A DNA stretch of 64,000 nucleotides, taken from Herbaspirillum frisingense (GTDB taxonomy: Bacteria; Pseudomonadota; Gammaproteobacteria; Burkholderiales; Burkholderiaceae_D). The position numbers and the translations under genes are program-made. The notes beneath the pieces are model-generated. The model was given only the letters and a program-made list of their open reading frames with translations. It was not told the DNA's origin and ran no database searches. The stretch spans positions 18,533 through 82,532 of the forward strand of contig WNDX01000002.1 of assembly GCA_009914615.1 (NCBI GenBank), read 5' to 3'. Below, piece after piece: positions 8,209 to 17,316 of this stretch (the first letter of the stretch is position 1; each line of letters opens with the position of its first letter).

Positions 8209-9858
8209 ATGAGTAGCGTCAATCCCCTGGCCGGCAAACGCGCGGCGCCATCGGCACTGGTCAATCTCCCGGTGCTCATCTCCAACTATTACAGCCTGCG
8301 CCCCGACATGGCCGAGTCCACGCACCGCGTGGCCTTCGGCACCTCGGGCCATCGCGGCAACGCCAACGCCCACAGTTTCAACGAATGGCATGTGCTGGCC
8401 ATCACCCAGGCCATCTGCGACTACCGCAAGGAGCAGGGCTTCAAGGGGCCGCTGTTCCTGGGCATCGATACCCATGCCTTGTCCGAGCCTGCCTGGCACA
8501 GCGCGCTGGAAGTGCTGGCGGCCAACGAGGTGGTGACCATGCTGGCCGAAGGCAGCCCCTACGCGCCCACGCCGGCGGTGTCGCACGCCATCCTCACGCA
8601 CAATCGCGTGCACAAGGATGCCCTGGCCGACGGCATCGTGGTCACGCCTTCGCACAACCCGCCTGACAACGGCGGTTTCAAGTACAACATGCCCAATGGC
8701 GGCCCCTCGGATTCCAATGTCACCGGCTGGATCGAGAAGCGCGCCAACGGCTATCTGGAAAAGCAACTCGACGGCGTCAAGCGCGTCACCTTCGAGAAAG
8801 CCATCAAGGCCGACACCACACGTCGCTACGATTATCTCGACAACTACGTCGGCGACCTGCCCAACATCATCGACCTGGCCGCCATCGCCGGCGCCAACGT
8901 CAAGATCGGCGTCGATCCGCTGGGCGGTGCCGGCGTGCATTACTGGTCGGCGATCGCCGAGCGCTACAAGCTGAACCTGGAAGTGGTGAACACCGACGTG
9001 GACGCCAGCTTCCGCTTCGTGCCGCTGGATTGGGATGCGCAGATCCGCATGGATCCATCCTCGCCTTATGGCATGACCGAGCTGATCGCGTTGAAGGAGC
9101 GCTTCGACGTCGCCATGGCCTGCGACACCGATCACGACCGCCACGGCATCATCGCCAAGAGCACCGGCTTGCTGCCGGCCAACAATTACCTCTCGACGGC
9201 GGTGTACTACCTGTTCCGCCATCGTCCGGCCTGGGGGGCGGGCGCGGCGGTGGGCAAGACCCTGGTGTCGAGCCAGATGATCAACCGCGTGGCCGACCAC
9301 CTGGGCCGCAAGCTCCTGGAAATGCCGGTCGGCTTCAAGTGGTTCGTCGATGGCCTGTACGACGGCAGCCTGGGCTTCGGCTGCGAAGAGAGCGCCGGCG
9401 CATCTTTCCTGCGTTTCGACGGCCAGCCCTGGAGCACCGACAAGGATGGCATCACCGCCGCCTTGCTGGCCGCCGAGATGACCGCGCGCACCGGCAACGA
9501 TCCCGGCCAGATCTACGAGGAACTGACGCACCAGTTGGGCGCGCCGCTGAACGGCCGCATCGAAGCCGCCGCCACTCCGGAACAGAAAGCGCGCCTGTCC
9601 AAGCTGTCGCCGGACGACGTCAGCTCGACCGATCTGGCCGGCGAAACCATCCGCGAAGTGATGACCACCGCGCCCGCCAACGGCAAGGCCTTCGGCGGCC
9701 TGAAGATCGTCACCGACAGCGGCTGGTTCGCGGCGCGTCCCTCGGGCACCGAAAACATCTACAAGATCTACGGCGAAAGCTTCCGCGACCAGACGCACCT
9801 GGACAAGATCTTCGCCGAGGCGCAAGAGATCGTGACACGCGCGCTGAAGGCCGGCTGA
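8209..9858 (+). CDS. pgm: Phosphoglucomutase (alpha-D-glucose-phosphate specific)
   Basis: VAFGTSGHRG, TPSHNPP (phosphoserine), DTDHDRHG metal loop, GCEESAG and RPSGTE motifs. Confidence 0.97.
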   Translation: MSSVNPLAGKRAAPSALVNLPVLISNYYSLRPDMAESTHRVAFGTSGHRGNANAHSFNEWHVLAITQAICDYRKEQGFKGPLFLGIDTHALSEPAWHSALEVLAANEVVTMLAEGSPYAPTPAVSHAILTHNRVHKDALADGIVVTPSHNPPDNGGFKYNMPNGGPSDSNVTGWIEKRANGYLEKQLDGVKRVTFEKAIKADTTRRYDYLDNYVGDLPNIIDLAAIAGANVKIGVDPLGGAGVHYWSAIAERYKLNLEVVNTDVDASFRFVPLDWDAQIRMDPSSPYGMTELIALKERFDVAMACDTDHDRHGIIAKSTGLLPANNYLSTAVYYLFRHRPAWGAGAAVGKTLVSSQMINRVADHLGRKLLEMPVGFKWFVDGLYDGSLGFGCEESAGASFLRFDGQPWSTDKDGITAALLAAEMTARTGNDPGQIYEELTHQLGAPLNGRIEAAATPEQKARLSKLSPDDVSSTDLAGETIREVMTTAPANGKAFGGLKIVTDSGWFAARPSGTENIYKIYGESFRDQTHLDKIFAEAQEIVTRALKAG

Positions 9859-9888
9859 GCCTTTTCCGCCTGCTGTTTCGTCCATCTG

Positions 9889-9927
9889 AAACACGCTGCT
9901 TGCCAAGGGGCAAACAGCGTGTTTTTT
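9889..9927 (+). terminator. Intrinsic terminator of pgm
   Basis: aaacacgctg...cagcgtgttt stem followed by a T-run. Confidence 0.8.
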
Positions 9928-10137
9928 CTTCCAGACTTCCTACAAGCGAATCGGCCGATGTCCTGCTGCCGCGCTCTTGCCCTGTTCGTAAGATGAAGCT
10001 GTTTCCATTTCATCCGCGTTCATCCGCGAAGCAAGCGGAGAGCGACGGCTGATACCGGACGCTTTCAGCCCGAAGCGGAAGGAACGGCAATCTTCCGCTG
10101 CGGACTTCAGTAGGGCATCGAGGCAAGGAGGGCCGAC

Positions 10138-10458
10138 ATGGACAGCCAAGGAACAGCAGCGCAAGCGGCGGCAGCTTTGCTGCGCCGCCCCGCCTACACC
10201 GGCGTGCAAGGCAAGCGCGCGCGTCACGAAGGCGAAGGCAAGGAAACGGATCACAAGGATCACAAGAAGCGCGGACGTGACGCCGCGCTGACCGCCCCGC
10301 ACCAGTTGCCGGTGCTGGAAACCGACGAATTCCGCGTGGTCGAGCCGGACGGTACCGAAGATCCCTGGGCCAGCGCCGATGACGGCATCGTGCCGGATCG
10401 CCCCGCCGACGACGGCAATGATCAGGGCCATGCTGGCCGTCAAGGCGACCAGGGTTGA
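10138..10458 (+). CDS. Small hydrophilic hypothetical protein (106 aa)
   Basis: RBS AAGGAGG before ATG; highly charged, low complexity. Confidence 0.55.
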   Translation: MDSQGTAAQAAAALLRRPAYTGVQGKRARHEGEGKETDHKDHKKRGRDAALTAPHQLPVLETDEFRVVEPDGTEDPWASADDGIVPDRPADDGNDQGHAGRQGDQG

Positions 10459-10491
10459 TCGCCTCCCCGTCCACGCCACAAGGAGCAACAC

Positions 10492-10590
10492 ATGCACAAG
10501 CCACAGGATACCCCGCCGGTAGAGGTTCCACCCCTGGATCCCACGCCGCCGCAAGACCCGATTCCCCACCAGCATCCGAGCGGCCATTGA
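10492..10590 (+). CDS. 32-aa proline-rich micro-ORF (not in ORF track)
   Basis: RBS AAGGAG; MHKPQDTPPVEVPPLDPTPPQDPIPHQHPSGH*. Confidence 0.5.
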   Translation: MHKPQDTPPVEVPPLDPTPPQDPIPHQHPSGH

Positions 10591-10627
10591 AGCAGCAGCC
10601 AAGCCGCCGGCAAAACAGGAGGCCTAT

Positions 10628-10774
10628 TTGAACATCGCATTGCACACGCCGCAGGAGACGCCGCCGGTGCCGGATCCACATCTGCCGCCGCCCGAGTTGC
10701 CCGACGAGGACCCGATTCCGGTCGAAGACCCGCCACTCAATCCGCGTCCCTCGGACAAGCCCATCCGCATGTGA
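10628..10774 (+). CDS. 48-aa proline-rich micro-ORF with TTG start (not in ORF track)
   Basis: RBS CAGGAGG 5 nt before TTG; MNIALHTPQETPPVPDPHLPPPELPDEDPIPVEDPPLNPRPSDKPIRM*. Confidence 0.5.
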   Translation: MNIALHTPQETPPVPDPHLPPPELPDEDPIPVEDPPLNPRPSDKPIRM

Positions 10775-10843
10775 TCACGAAGGCGGCCTTGCACGCTGCA
10801 TGGCCGCCGGCACAGCATCCTGTCCTGAGCAGAGGAGGTTGTC

Positions 10844-11212
10844 ATGCGCCAGTCCGCTTCCCCCATCCCCAATTTTGCCCAACTGTTCGGCGCCGCCGTC
10901 GGCTCGGTCACGCTCACGCCGGTCGCGGCCGGCGGCAAGGCCCGGCCGTCCGGCCCGATCGACGAGGAACTCCGCCGCATCCATAGCGCCCATGCGCCCG
11001 AGGTGCGCGAGGTGGCGTCCGATAACGAGATCGGGCGTGGCATCGTCGAAGAAGATGCGCGCCGCCTGTCCGCCCAGAAGCGCTCGGTGCGCAAGCAGGA
11101 GCGCGCCCGCCGTGAACAGGGCGCCGGAGATAGCGCCGGCGAGGGCGTCGATCAGGCGCCCGACGCGACTTTTCCCTCCGCCGATTCTATCGGCGCCAAG
11201 CGCGGCCGCTGA
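10844..11212 (+). CDS. Small hydrophilic hypothetical protein (122 aa)
   Basis: RBS AGAGGAGG; charged helical middle segment. Confidence 0.6.
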   Translation: MRQSASPIPNFAQLFGAAVGSVTLTPVAAGGKARPSGPIDEELRRIHSAHAPEVREVASDNEIGRGIVEEDARRLSAQKRSVRKQERARREQGAGDSAGEGVDQAPDATFPSADSIGAKRGR

Positions 11213-11273
11213 TTTTGTTTCCATCGAGATAACTTTTCCGGCCGCCGTCCCGGCCGGACATGCCCGCCCGCGG

Positions 11274-11302
11274 TTGCCGCCGGCGTCCCCGGCCTTTATA
11301 CT
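11274..11302 (+). promoter_or_regulatory. Sigma70-type promoter of the cob operon
   Basis: TTGCCG-N17-TATACT just upstream of the riboswitch. Confidence 0.7.
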
Positions 11303-11314
11303 GCGCGCCATAGC

Positions 11315-11520
11315 ATTGCTTCTGGTATCCCGCGCGCAGCCGCGCCAGGGATTGAAACGGGAAGCCGGTGCGGCCGCCGGAACCGGGCGGCCAATGCCGG
11401 CGCTGCCCCCGCAACGGTAAGCGAGGATGGACACGCAGTACGCCACTGTGCCCAGGCATGGGAAGGCGCCTGTCCCGAAGCTCCACAGCTTCATCCCGCC
11501 AGCCCGGAGACCGGCCCGAA
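11315..11520 (+). ncRNA. Cobalamin (adenosylcobalamin) riboswitch
   Basis: Conserved blocks tGGT, aAACGGGAAgccGGTG, B12 box gCTGCCCCCGCAACGGTAA, GCCACTG, GGGAAGG and GCCAGCCCGGAGACCGGCC upstream of cbtB; ends are approximate. Confidence 0.93.
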
Positions 11521-11683
11521 GCGAATTCTGAAATGCATCGCGGAGGGCGATCGCACGGACAGCTTCCTCCATCCCGTTGAGAACCAGGTGACGGCCCACA
11601 GGTCGTGCATCACGGCATCGGGCATCGGATCGGGGCGCTTGCCGACGCTTCCTCTGCTTTATTCATCAGCCAAAGGGAAGAAC

Positions 11684-11890
11684 ATGTCCACCACATCCGG
11701 CATCACTCCAAGCAGCACCGTCGACCAGGCCCAGACCGGCAGCAGCGTCTGGCGCGACCGCGTCGCGCCCTCGCTGCTGGCTTTCGCGCTGGGCGCGGCG
11801 CTGATCTACGGCGCCGGCTTCGCTTCCAAGGTCGAGCTGCACAACGCCGCCCACGACGGCCGCCACTCGGCCGGCTTCCCCTGCCACTGA
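11684..11890 (+). CDS. cbtB: Cobalt transporter subunit CbtB
   Basis: One TM segment followed by LHNAAHDGRHSAGFPCH. Confidence 0.92.
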   Translation: MSTTSGITPSSTVDQAQTGSSVWRDRVAPSLLAFALGAALIYGAGFASKVELHNAAHDGRHSAGFPCH

Positions 11891-11900
11891 GGATCGCTGC

Positions 11901-12641
11901 ATGAACTGGACGATTTTCCGGCGCATGGCGTCGGCCGTGGTCATTGCCGGCGCGCTGTCGGGCATCTTGCTGTCGGGCGTGCAGCAGCTGCAGGTGGAAA
12001 AGATCATCCTCAAGGCCGAGGAATACGAGAAAGCCGGTGAAGCCAAGGCGCCCGAGCACGAGCATGAGCATGCGGCGCAACAAGCCGGTGCGCCGGCCGC
12101 TGCTGCTGCCCACGAGCATGAGCACGAACACGGCGGTGACGAATGGGAACCGGCCGACGGCGCCGAGCGCACCGGCTACACCGTGCTGGCCAACATCAGC
12201 ATGGCGATCGGCTTTGCGCTGATGCTAGCCGCCGCCATCGGCCTCAGCGGCCGCCAGGTCGGCTGGCGCAACGGCTTGCTGTGGGGCGCCGCCGGTTACG
12301 TGGTGTTCTTCGTCGCGCCTTCGCTGGGCTTGCCGCCGGAAGTGCCCGGCACGCTGGCCGCGCCGTTGCATGCGCGCCAGTTGTGGTGGGTGATGACCGC
12401 CGGCCTGACCGCGTGCAGCCTGGGCTTGTTCGTCTATGCCCGGGCCTGGGCCTGGAAACTGGTCGGCGTGCTGTTGCTGGTCGTGCCGCATCTCATCGGC
12501 GCGCCGCAGCCCGCAGTGCACGGCGGCGTGGCCCCGGAAGAACTGGCGCATGCCTTCATCCAGGCCACCGCCGTGGCCAATGCCGTGTTCTGGCTGGCGC
12601 TGGGTGGGTTGACCGGATTCTTCTATCGCAGGTTCGGCTGA
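11901..12641 (+). CDS. cbtA: Cobalt transporter subunit CbtA
   Basis: ILKAEEYE, His-rich loop, PSLGLPPEVPG, RQLWW and PHLIGAPQP motifs. Confidence 0.92.
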   Translation: MNWTIFRRMASAVVIAGALSGILLSGVQQLQVEKIILKAEEYEKAGEAKAPEHEHEHAAQQAGAPAAAAAHEHEHEHGGDEWEPADGAERTGYTVLANISMAIGFALMLAAAIGLSGRQVGWRNGLLWGAAGYVVFFVAPSLGLPPEVPGTLAAPLHARQLWWVMTAGLTACSLGLFVYARAWAWKLVGVLLLVVPHLIGAPQPAVHGGVAPEELAHAFIQATAVANAVFWLALGGLTGFFYRRFG

Positions 12642-12666
12642 ACCGGCCGGCGTGAGGCCGGCGGCA

Positions 12667-12705
12667 CTGCGGCGGCAGGCGGAGCGACGCTCCCTGCCGC
12701 CGCAG
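12667..12705 (+). other. Strong intergenic stem-loop with no U-tract
   Basis: CTGCGGCGGCAGG-C-GGAGC-GAC-GCTCC-CTGCCGCCGCAG. Confidence 0.55.
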
Positions 12706-12725
12706 CGCATTTGAAAGTGGATGCA

Positions 12726-13067
12726 ATGAGAACACATACCCGTCACGTGCTGATGTGCGTGGGGCCGCGCTGTACCGAAAACGGCGTGCTGGCCGAGTCC
12801 ATGTTCGCCGTGCTGGGCGAGCAGATCGACGCCCGCCCCGAGCTGCGCGTCAAGCGCACCCGCACCCATTGCATGGTGGCCTGCAAGGCGCAGGCGCCGG
12901 TGGTGGTGGTGTATCCCGAAGGCGTGTGGTACCGCTGCGAGGATGCGCAAGCCGTCCAGCGGGTGGTGGTCGAACATCTGGAGGGCGGTCGCGAAGTCAC
13001 CGACCTCATCTTCCATCGCCTGGGCACGGGCGATGTCAATTCCGAACCGGAGACTGGCGATGCCTGA
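12726..13067 (+). CDS. Thioredoxin-like [2Fe-2S] ferredoxin (CbiW-like)
   Basis: HVLMCVGPRC...CMVAC...VVVYPEGVWY motifs. Confidence 0.85.
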   Translation: MRTHTRHVLMCVGPRCTENGVLAESMFAVLGEQIDARPELRVKRTRTHCMVACKAQAPVVVVYPEGVWYRCEDAQAVQRVVVEHLEGGREVTDLIFHRLGTGDVNSEPETGDA

Positions 13068-16000
13068 GCGCGCCAACGGCGGCAACGCTTCCCCGCGCAT
13101 CGTCCTGCTGACGCATGCGCCCACCGATCTGTCCATGCTGGCCAGCGCGCGCGCCCAGTTGCCGGCGGATTTCTCGGCGGTGGCGGGTTACGATCTGCAG
13201 CGCCTGCAAACCGAGACCGACGAAGACGGCAATCCGCTTCGCACGCTGGCCACGCTGCTGCGCGAGGAGCTGGCGGGCGCCGGCGTGATCGTGCTGCGCG
13301 TGCTGGGGCGGCTGGGCGCCATTGCCGGTGTTGCCGAGCTGCTGCGCGTCGCGCGCAGCGAAGGCCGTCATCTGATCGTGCTGTCCGGTGCCGGCGAGCC
13401 CGATGCCGAACTGGCGGCGGCCTCGACCGCGCCGGCCGACGTGCAGCAGCAGGCGCTGGCCTATTTCAACGGCGGCGGCAGCGTCAACCTGGCGCAGATG
13501 CTGCGCTGCCTGTCCGATCGTCTGCTGCTGAGCGGGCATGGCTACGAGCCGGCCCAGGCCTTGCCCGAGCACGGCATCTACCATCCCGACCTGGAGCAGG
13601 ACGCCGGCCTCGACGACTGGCTGGCCCTGCGCGCGCACGCGCCGGCCGGCAAGCCCGCAGTGGGCATCATCTTCTACCGCGCGCACTGGCTGTCGGGCAA
13701 TACGCGCTTCATCGACGCGCTGGCGGCAGCGTTGGAGGCGCGCGGCATGGACGTACTGCCGGTCTTCACTTCGTCGCTGCGCGCCTCGGGCGCCGGGCGC
13801 GAGGAACTGCCGCCGGCCCTGCATTACTTCGGCGGCCGCGGCGAGGCCGCGCATGTCGATCTGCTGATCAACACCACCTCCTTCGCCATGGGCGAGATCA
13901 CCGCCGGCGGCGTCACGCCGGCCGGCTGGTCGGTGTCGGTGCTGGAACAACTGGACCTGCCGGTGCTGCAAGCCATGACCAGCGGCATGACGCAGGCGCA
14001 GTGGGAACATTCCACGCGCGGCATGAACCCGCTGGACGCGGCGATGAACGTGGTGCTGCCGGAATTCGACGGCCGCATCATCGGCGTGCCGCTGTCCTTC
14101 AAGCTGCCGGCCGAGTCCGGCGCGGTGGAGTACCAGGCGCTGCCCGACCGCGTGCGGCGCATCGCCGGCCTGGCGCAGCGTTTCGTCCGGCTGCGCAAGA
14201 AGCCCAATGCCGACAAGCGCATCGCCTTCATCTTCACCAACTCCAACAGCAAGGCCTCGCAGATCGGCAACGCCGTCGGCCTGGATGCGCCGGAGTCGTT
14301 GATGGGCGTGCTGCGCGCGCTGGCCGCCGATGGCTACCGCATCGGCGGGTTGCCCGCGACCGGCACCGCGCTGATCCACGAACTGGTGGATCGTTGCTCC
14401 TACGACGACATCCTTCTTTCGGAAGACCAGCTGCGCCGCGCCGCCGCGCGCATTCCGGCGGCGCGCTACGCGCAATGGTTCGCGGCGCTGCCAGCCGCCT
14501 TGCAAGGCAAGATGCAGCGTCAGTGGGGCGAGGCGCCGGGCGAGGCTTATGTCCATGAACAGCATCTGGTGATCGCCGGCCTCGACCTGGGCAATGCCTT
14601 TGTCGCGCTGCAGCCGCCGCGCGGCTACGGCATGGATCCGGACGCCATCTACCACCAGCCCGATTTGCCGCCCACCCATCATTACTACGCGCTGTACCGC
14701 TGGCTGGACGAAGAGTGGGGCGCCGACGCCATCGTCCACGTCGGCAAACATGGCACGCTGGAATGGCTGCCGGGCAAGGGCGTGGGCCTGTCGGAAGACT
14801 GCTTCCCCGATGCCTTGCTGGGCGACGTGCCGCTGTTCTATCCCTTCATCATCAACGATCCGGGCGAGGGCTCGCAGGCCAAGCGCCGCGCCCACGCGGT
14901 GGTGGTAGACCACCTGACGCCGCCGATGACCACCGCCGACAGCTACGGCGCGCTGGCCCAGCTCACGCAGCTGGTCGATGAGTATTACCAGGTCGAGGTG
15001 CTGGACCCGTCCAAGCTGCCGCTGCTGCAACAGCAGATCTGGGAACTGGTGCGCCAGACCAATCTGGATACCGACCTGCAATTCAAGCTGCTGCATCACG
15101 ACCATGATCACGACCATGATCACGACCATGATCACGACCACGATCACGACCACGATCACGGGCACGGACATGGGCATGGGCATGGGCACGGCCATGGTCA
15201 TCATCACCATGGCCACGATCACCACGATCACCATCACCCACATGGCCACCATCATCACGACCATGATCACGGCGACCACGATCACGACCATCCGCACCAA
15301 GACGGCGCGCTGCCGCATGCGCTGACCGAACTGGACGGCGCCGGCGTGGCGCACCTGATCGAGGATCTGGACGGCTATCTGTGCGAGCTGGGGGCGGCAC
15401 AGATCCGCGACGGCCTGCACATCCTCGGCCGCATGCCGGACGAGCAGCAACTGCCCGACATGCTGGTGGCGCTCACGCGCCTGCCCAACCAGGATCTGCC
15501 CGGCCTGCAGGAAGAAGTGGCGAAGCTGTTCGGCCTTTCGCTGGACATGCTGCTGGAGCACAAGGGCCGCCGCCTCAACATCGACGACGCGCTGGCCCGC
15601 ACGGCCGGCCGCGCCGTCGTGACGCGCGCTGACGCCATCGAAGCCATCGATGCGCTGTGCCTGACGCTGATGCAGTCGCTGCAGCAGCAGGGCTTTGCCG
15701 AATCCGCCATCGATGGCGTGCTGCGGACGGTCTTCGCCGAACTGGACACCACCCCGGCCGACGCCAGGCCGTGCCTGCAACCGGCCGCGGCCAAGGCTGC
15801 CGGCAGCGTGCTGGGCGGCATACGCGCCATGGCCCGTCCGGCCGCATCGAAGCTTGCGCCCGCCGCAGCCACCAAGCCGGCCAACGCCAAGATCATCGAT
15901 GATGCGCCGCTGCGCCGCGTGCTGTCCTTCGCCTGCCTGCAACTGGTGCCGCGCCTGCACCAGACCGGCGAAGAAATCGGCAACCTGCTCAAAGGCCTGC

Positions 16001-17316
16001 GCGGCGGCTATATCCCGGCCGGTCCCAGCGGTTCGCCCACGCGCGGCATGGCGCACATCCTGCCGACCGGCCGCAATTTCTACTCGGTCGATCCGCGCAG
16101 CGTACCCTCGCAATCGGCCTGGCGCGTGGGCCAGCAGTTGGCGCGCGAAGTGCTGGAGCGCCATCGGCGCGAAACCGGCGGCTATCCGGACAGTGTGGCC
16201 ATCAGCATCTGGGGCACCAGCGCCATGCGCACTCATGGCGACGACGTCGCCCAGATCCTGGCGCTGATGGGCGCGCGCCCGGTCTGGCGCGCCGGCAACC
16301 GCCAGGTGGCGGGGGTGGAACTGGTGCCGCTGGAAGAGTTGCAGCGCCCGCGCATCGACGTCACCACCCGGATCAGCGGTTTCTTCCGCGACGCCTTCCC
16401 GCAACTGATCGAGCTGATCGACGATGCGGTGCAGTTGGCGATCGCGGCCGACGAGCCGGAGGCCATGAATTTCGTGCGCAAGCATTACCTGCGCGATCTG
16501 CAGCAAGCCATGCAAGGCGGCCTGGGGCAGGCCGAAGCCGCGGCCCAGGCCTCCTACCGCGTGTTCGGCGCCAAGCCGGGCAGCTACGGCGCCGGCATCC
16601 TGCCGCTGATCCAGGAAAAGAACTGGCAGGACCAGGCCGACTTCGCCGAGGCCTACATCAACTGGGGCGGCTTCGCCTATGGCCGCAAGGTGCAGGGCGC
16701 CGACCAGCGCGATGCCTTCCGCCAGCGCCTGTCCGGCGTGCAGGTCGCCTTGCACAACCAGGACAACCGCGAGCATGACATCTTCGACAGCGACGATTAC
16801 ATGCAATACCACGGCGGCATGATCGCCACCATCCGCGCCTTGTCCGGGCATCAGCCGCGCCATTACTTCGGCGACAGCCACGATCCGTCGCGCGCCGCGG
16901 TGCGTGATCTCAAGGAGGAGACGCTGCGCGTGTTCCGCTCGCGCGTGGTCAACCCCAAGTGGCTGGCCAGCATCCGCCGCCACGGCTACAAGGGCGGGCT
17001 GGAACTGACGGCCACCGTCGATTACCTGTTCGGCTACGACGCCACGGCGCAGGTGCTGGACGACTGGATGTACCAGCAACTGGCCGAGACCTACGGTTTC
17101 GATCCGGCCATGCGCGAGTTCCTGGAACAGGCCAATCCCTGGGCCCAGAACGCCATTGCCGAACGCCTGCTGGAAGCGGCCAGCCGCGGCATGTGGCAAG
17201 CACCCGACGCGCAGACGCTGGAACGGCTTCGCCAGCTCTACCTGCACAGCGAAACCCTGCTGGAAGCGCGCGGCGAGACCGTGCGCGGCAGCGAACATAC
17301 CAAGGACATGCAATGA
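13060..17316 (+). CDS. cobN: Cobaltochelatase large subunit CobN, with a His-rich insert
   Basis: HVGKHGTLEWLPGKG, DPGEGSQAKRR, LPTGRNFYSVDPR, ISGFFRDAF and SRVVNPKW motifs; ATG at 13060 overlaps the ferredoxin end. Confidence 0.95.
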   Translation: MPERANGGNASPRIVLLTHAPTDLSMLASARAQLPADFSAVAGYDLQRLQTETDEDGNPLRTLATLLREELAGAGVIVLRVLGRLGAIAGVAELLRVARSEGRHLIVLSGAGEPDAELAAASTAPADVQQQALAYFNGGGSVNLAQMLRCLSDRLLLSGHGYEPAQALPEHGIYHPDLEQDAGLDDWLALRAHAPAGKPAVGIIFYRAHWLSGNTRFIDALAAALEARGMDVLPVFTSSLRASGAGREELPPALHYFGGRGEAAHVDLLINTTSFAMGEITAGGVTPAGWSVSVLEQLDLPVLQAMTSGMTQAQWEHSTRGMNPLDAAMNVVLPEFDGRIIGVPLSFKLPAESGAVEYQALPDRVRRIAGLAQRFVRLRKKPNADKRIAFIFTNSNSKASQIGNAVGLDAPESLMGVLRALAADGYRIGGLPATGTALIHELVDRCSYDDILLSEDQLRRAAARIPAARYAQWFAALPAALQGKMQRQWGEAPGEAYVHEQHLVIAGLDLGNAFVALQPPRGYGMDPDAIYHQPDLPPTHHYYALYRWLDEEWGADAIVHVGKHGTLEWLPGKGVGLSEDCFPDALLGDVPLFYPFIINDPGEGSQAKRRAHAVVVDHLTPPMTTADSYGALAQLTQLVDEYYQVEVLDPSKLPLLQQQIWELVRQTNLDTDLQFKLLHHDHDHDHDHDHDHDHDHDHDHGHGHGHGHGHGHGHHHHGHDHHDHHHPHGHHHHDHDHGDHDHDHPHQDGALPHALTELDGAGVAHLIEDLDGYLCELGAAQIRDGLHILGRMPDEQQLPDMLVALTRLPNQDLPGLQEEVAKLFGLSLDMLLEHKGRRLNIDDALARTAGRAVVTRADAIEAIDALCLTLMQSLQQQGFAESAIDGVLRTVFAELDTTPADARPCLQPAAAKAAGSVLGGIRAMARPAASKLAPAAATKPANAKIIDDAPLRRVLSFACLQLVPRLHQTGEEIGNLLKGLRGGYIPAGPSGSPTRGMAHILPTGRNFYSVDPRSVPSQSAWRVGQQLAREVLERHRRETGGYPDSVAISIWGTSAMRTHGDDVAQILALMGARPVWRAGNRQVAGVELVPLEELQRPRIDVTTRISGFFRDAFPQLIELIDDAVQLAIAADEPEAMNFVRKHYLRDLQQAMQGGLGQAEAAAQASYRVFGAKPGSYGAGILPLIQEKNWQDQADFAEAYINWGGFAYGRKVQGADQRDAFRQRLSGVQVALHNQDNREHDIFDSDDYMQYHGGMIATIRALSGHQPRHYFGDSHDPSRAAVRDLKEETLRVFRSRVVNPKWLASIRRHGYKGGLELTATVDYLFGYDATAQVLDDWMYQQLAETYGFDPAMREFLEQANPWAQNAIAERLLEAASRGMWQAPDAQTLERLRQLYLHSETLLEARGETVRGSEHTKDMQ
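15094..15297 (+). repeat. His-Asp/His-Gly codon repeat inside cobN
   Basis: (cacgac/catgat)n then (catggg)n hexamer repeats; 39 His in 68 codons. Confidence 0.95.

Noticed and set aside
12943-13059. Longer N-terminal extensions in the ORF track (cobN at 12943, also 226, 2404, 3385, 39900, 50884 and others)
   Set aside because: Downstream starts have better RBSs or overlap coupling and match where family similarity begins.
15094-15297. Repeat array considered as a CRISPR or non-coding repeat
   Set aside because: Hexamer units with no spacers, in frame within cobN; no cas genes.
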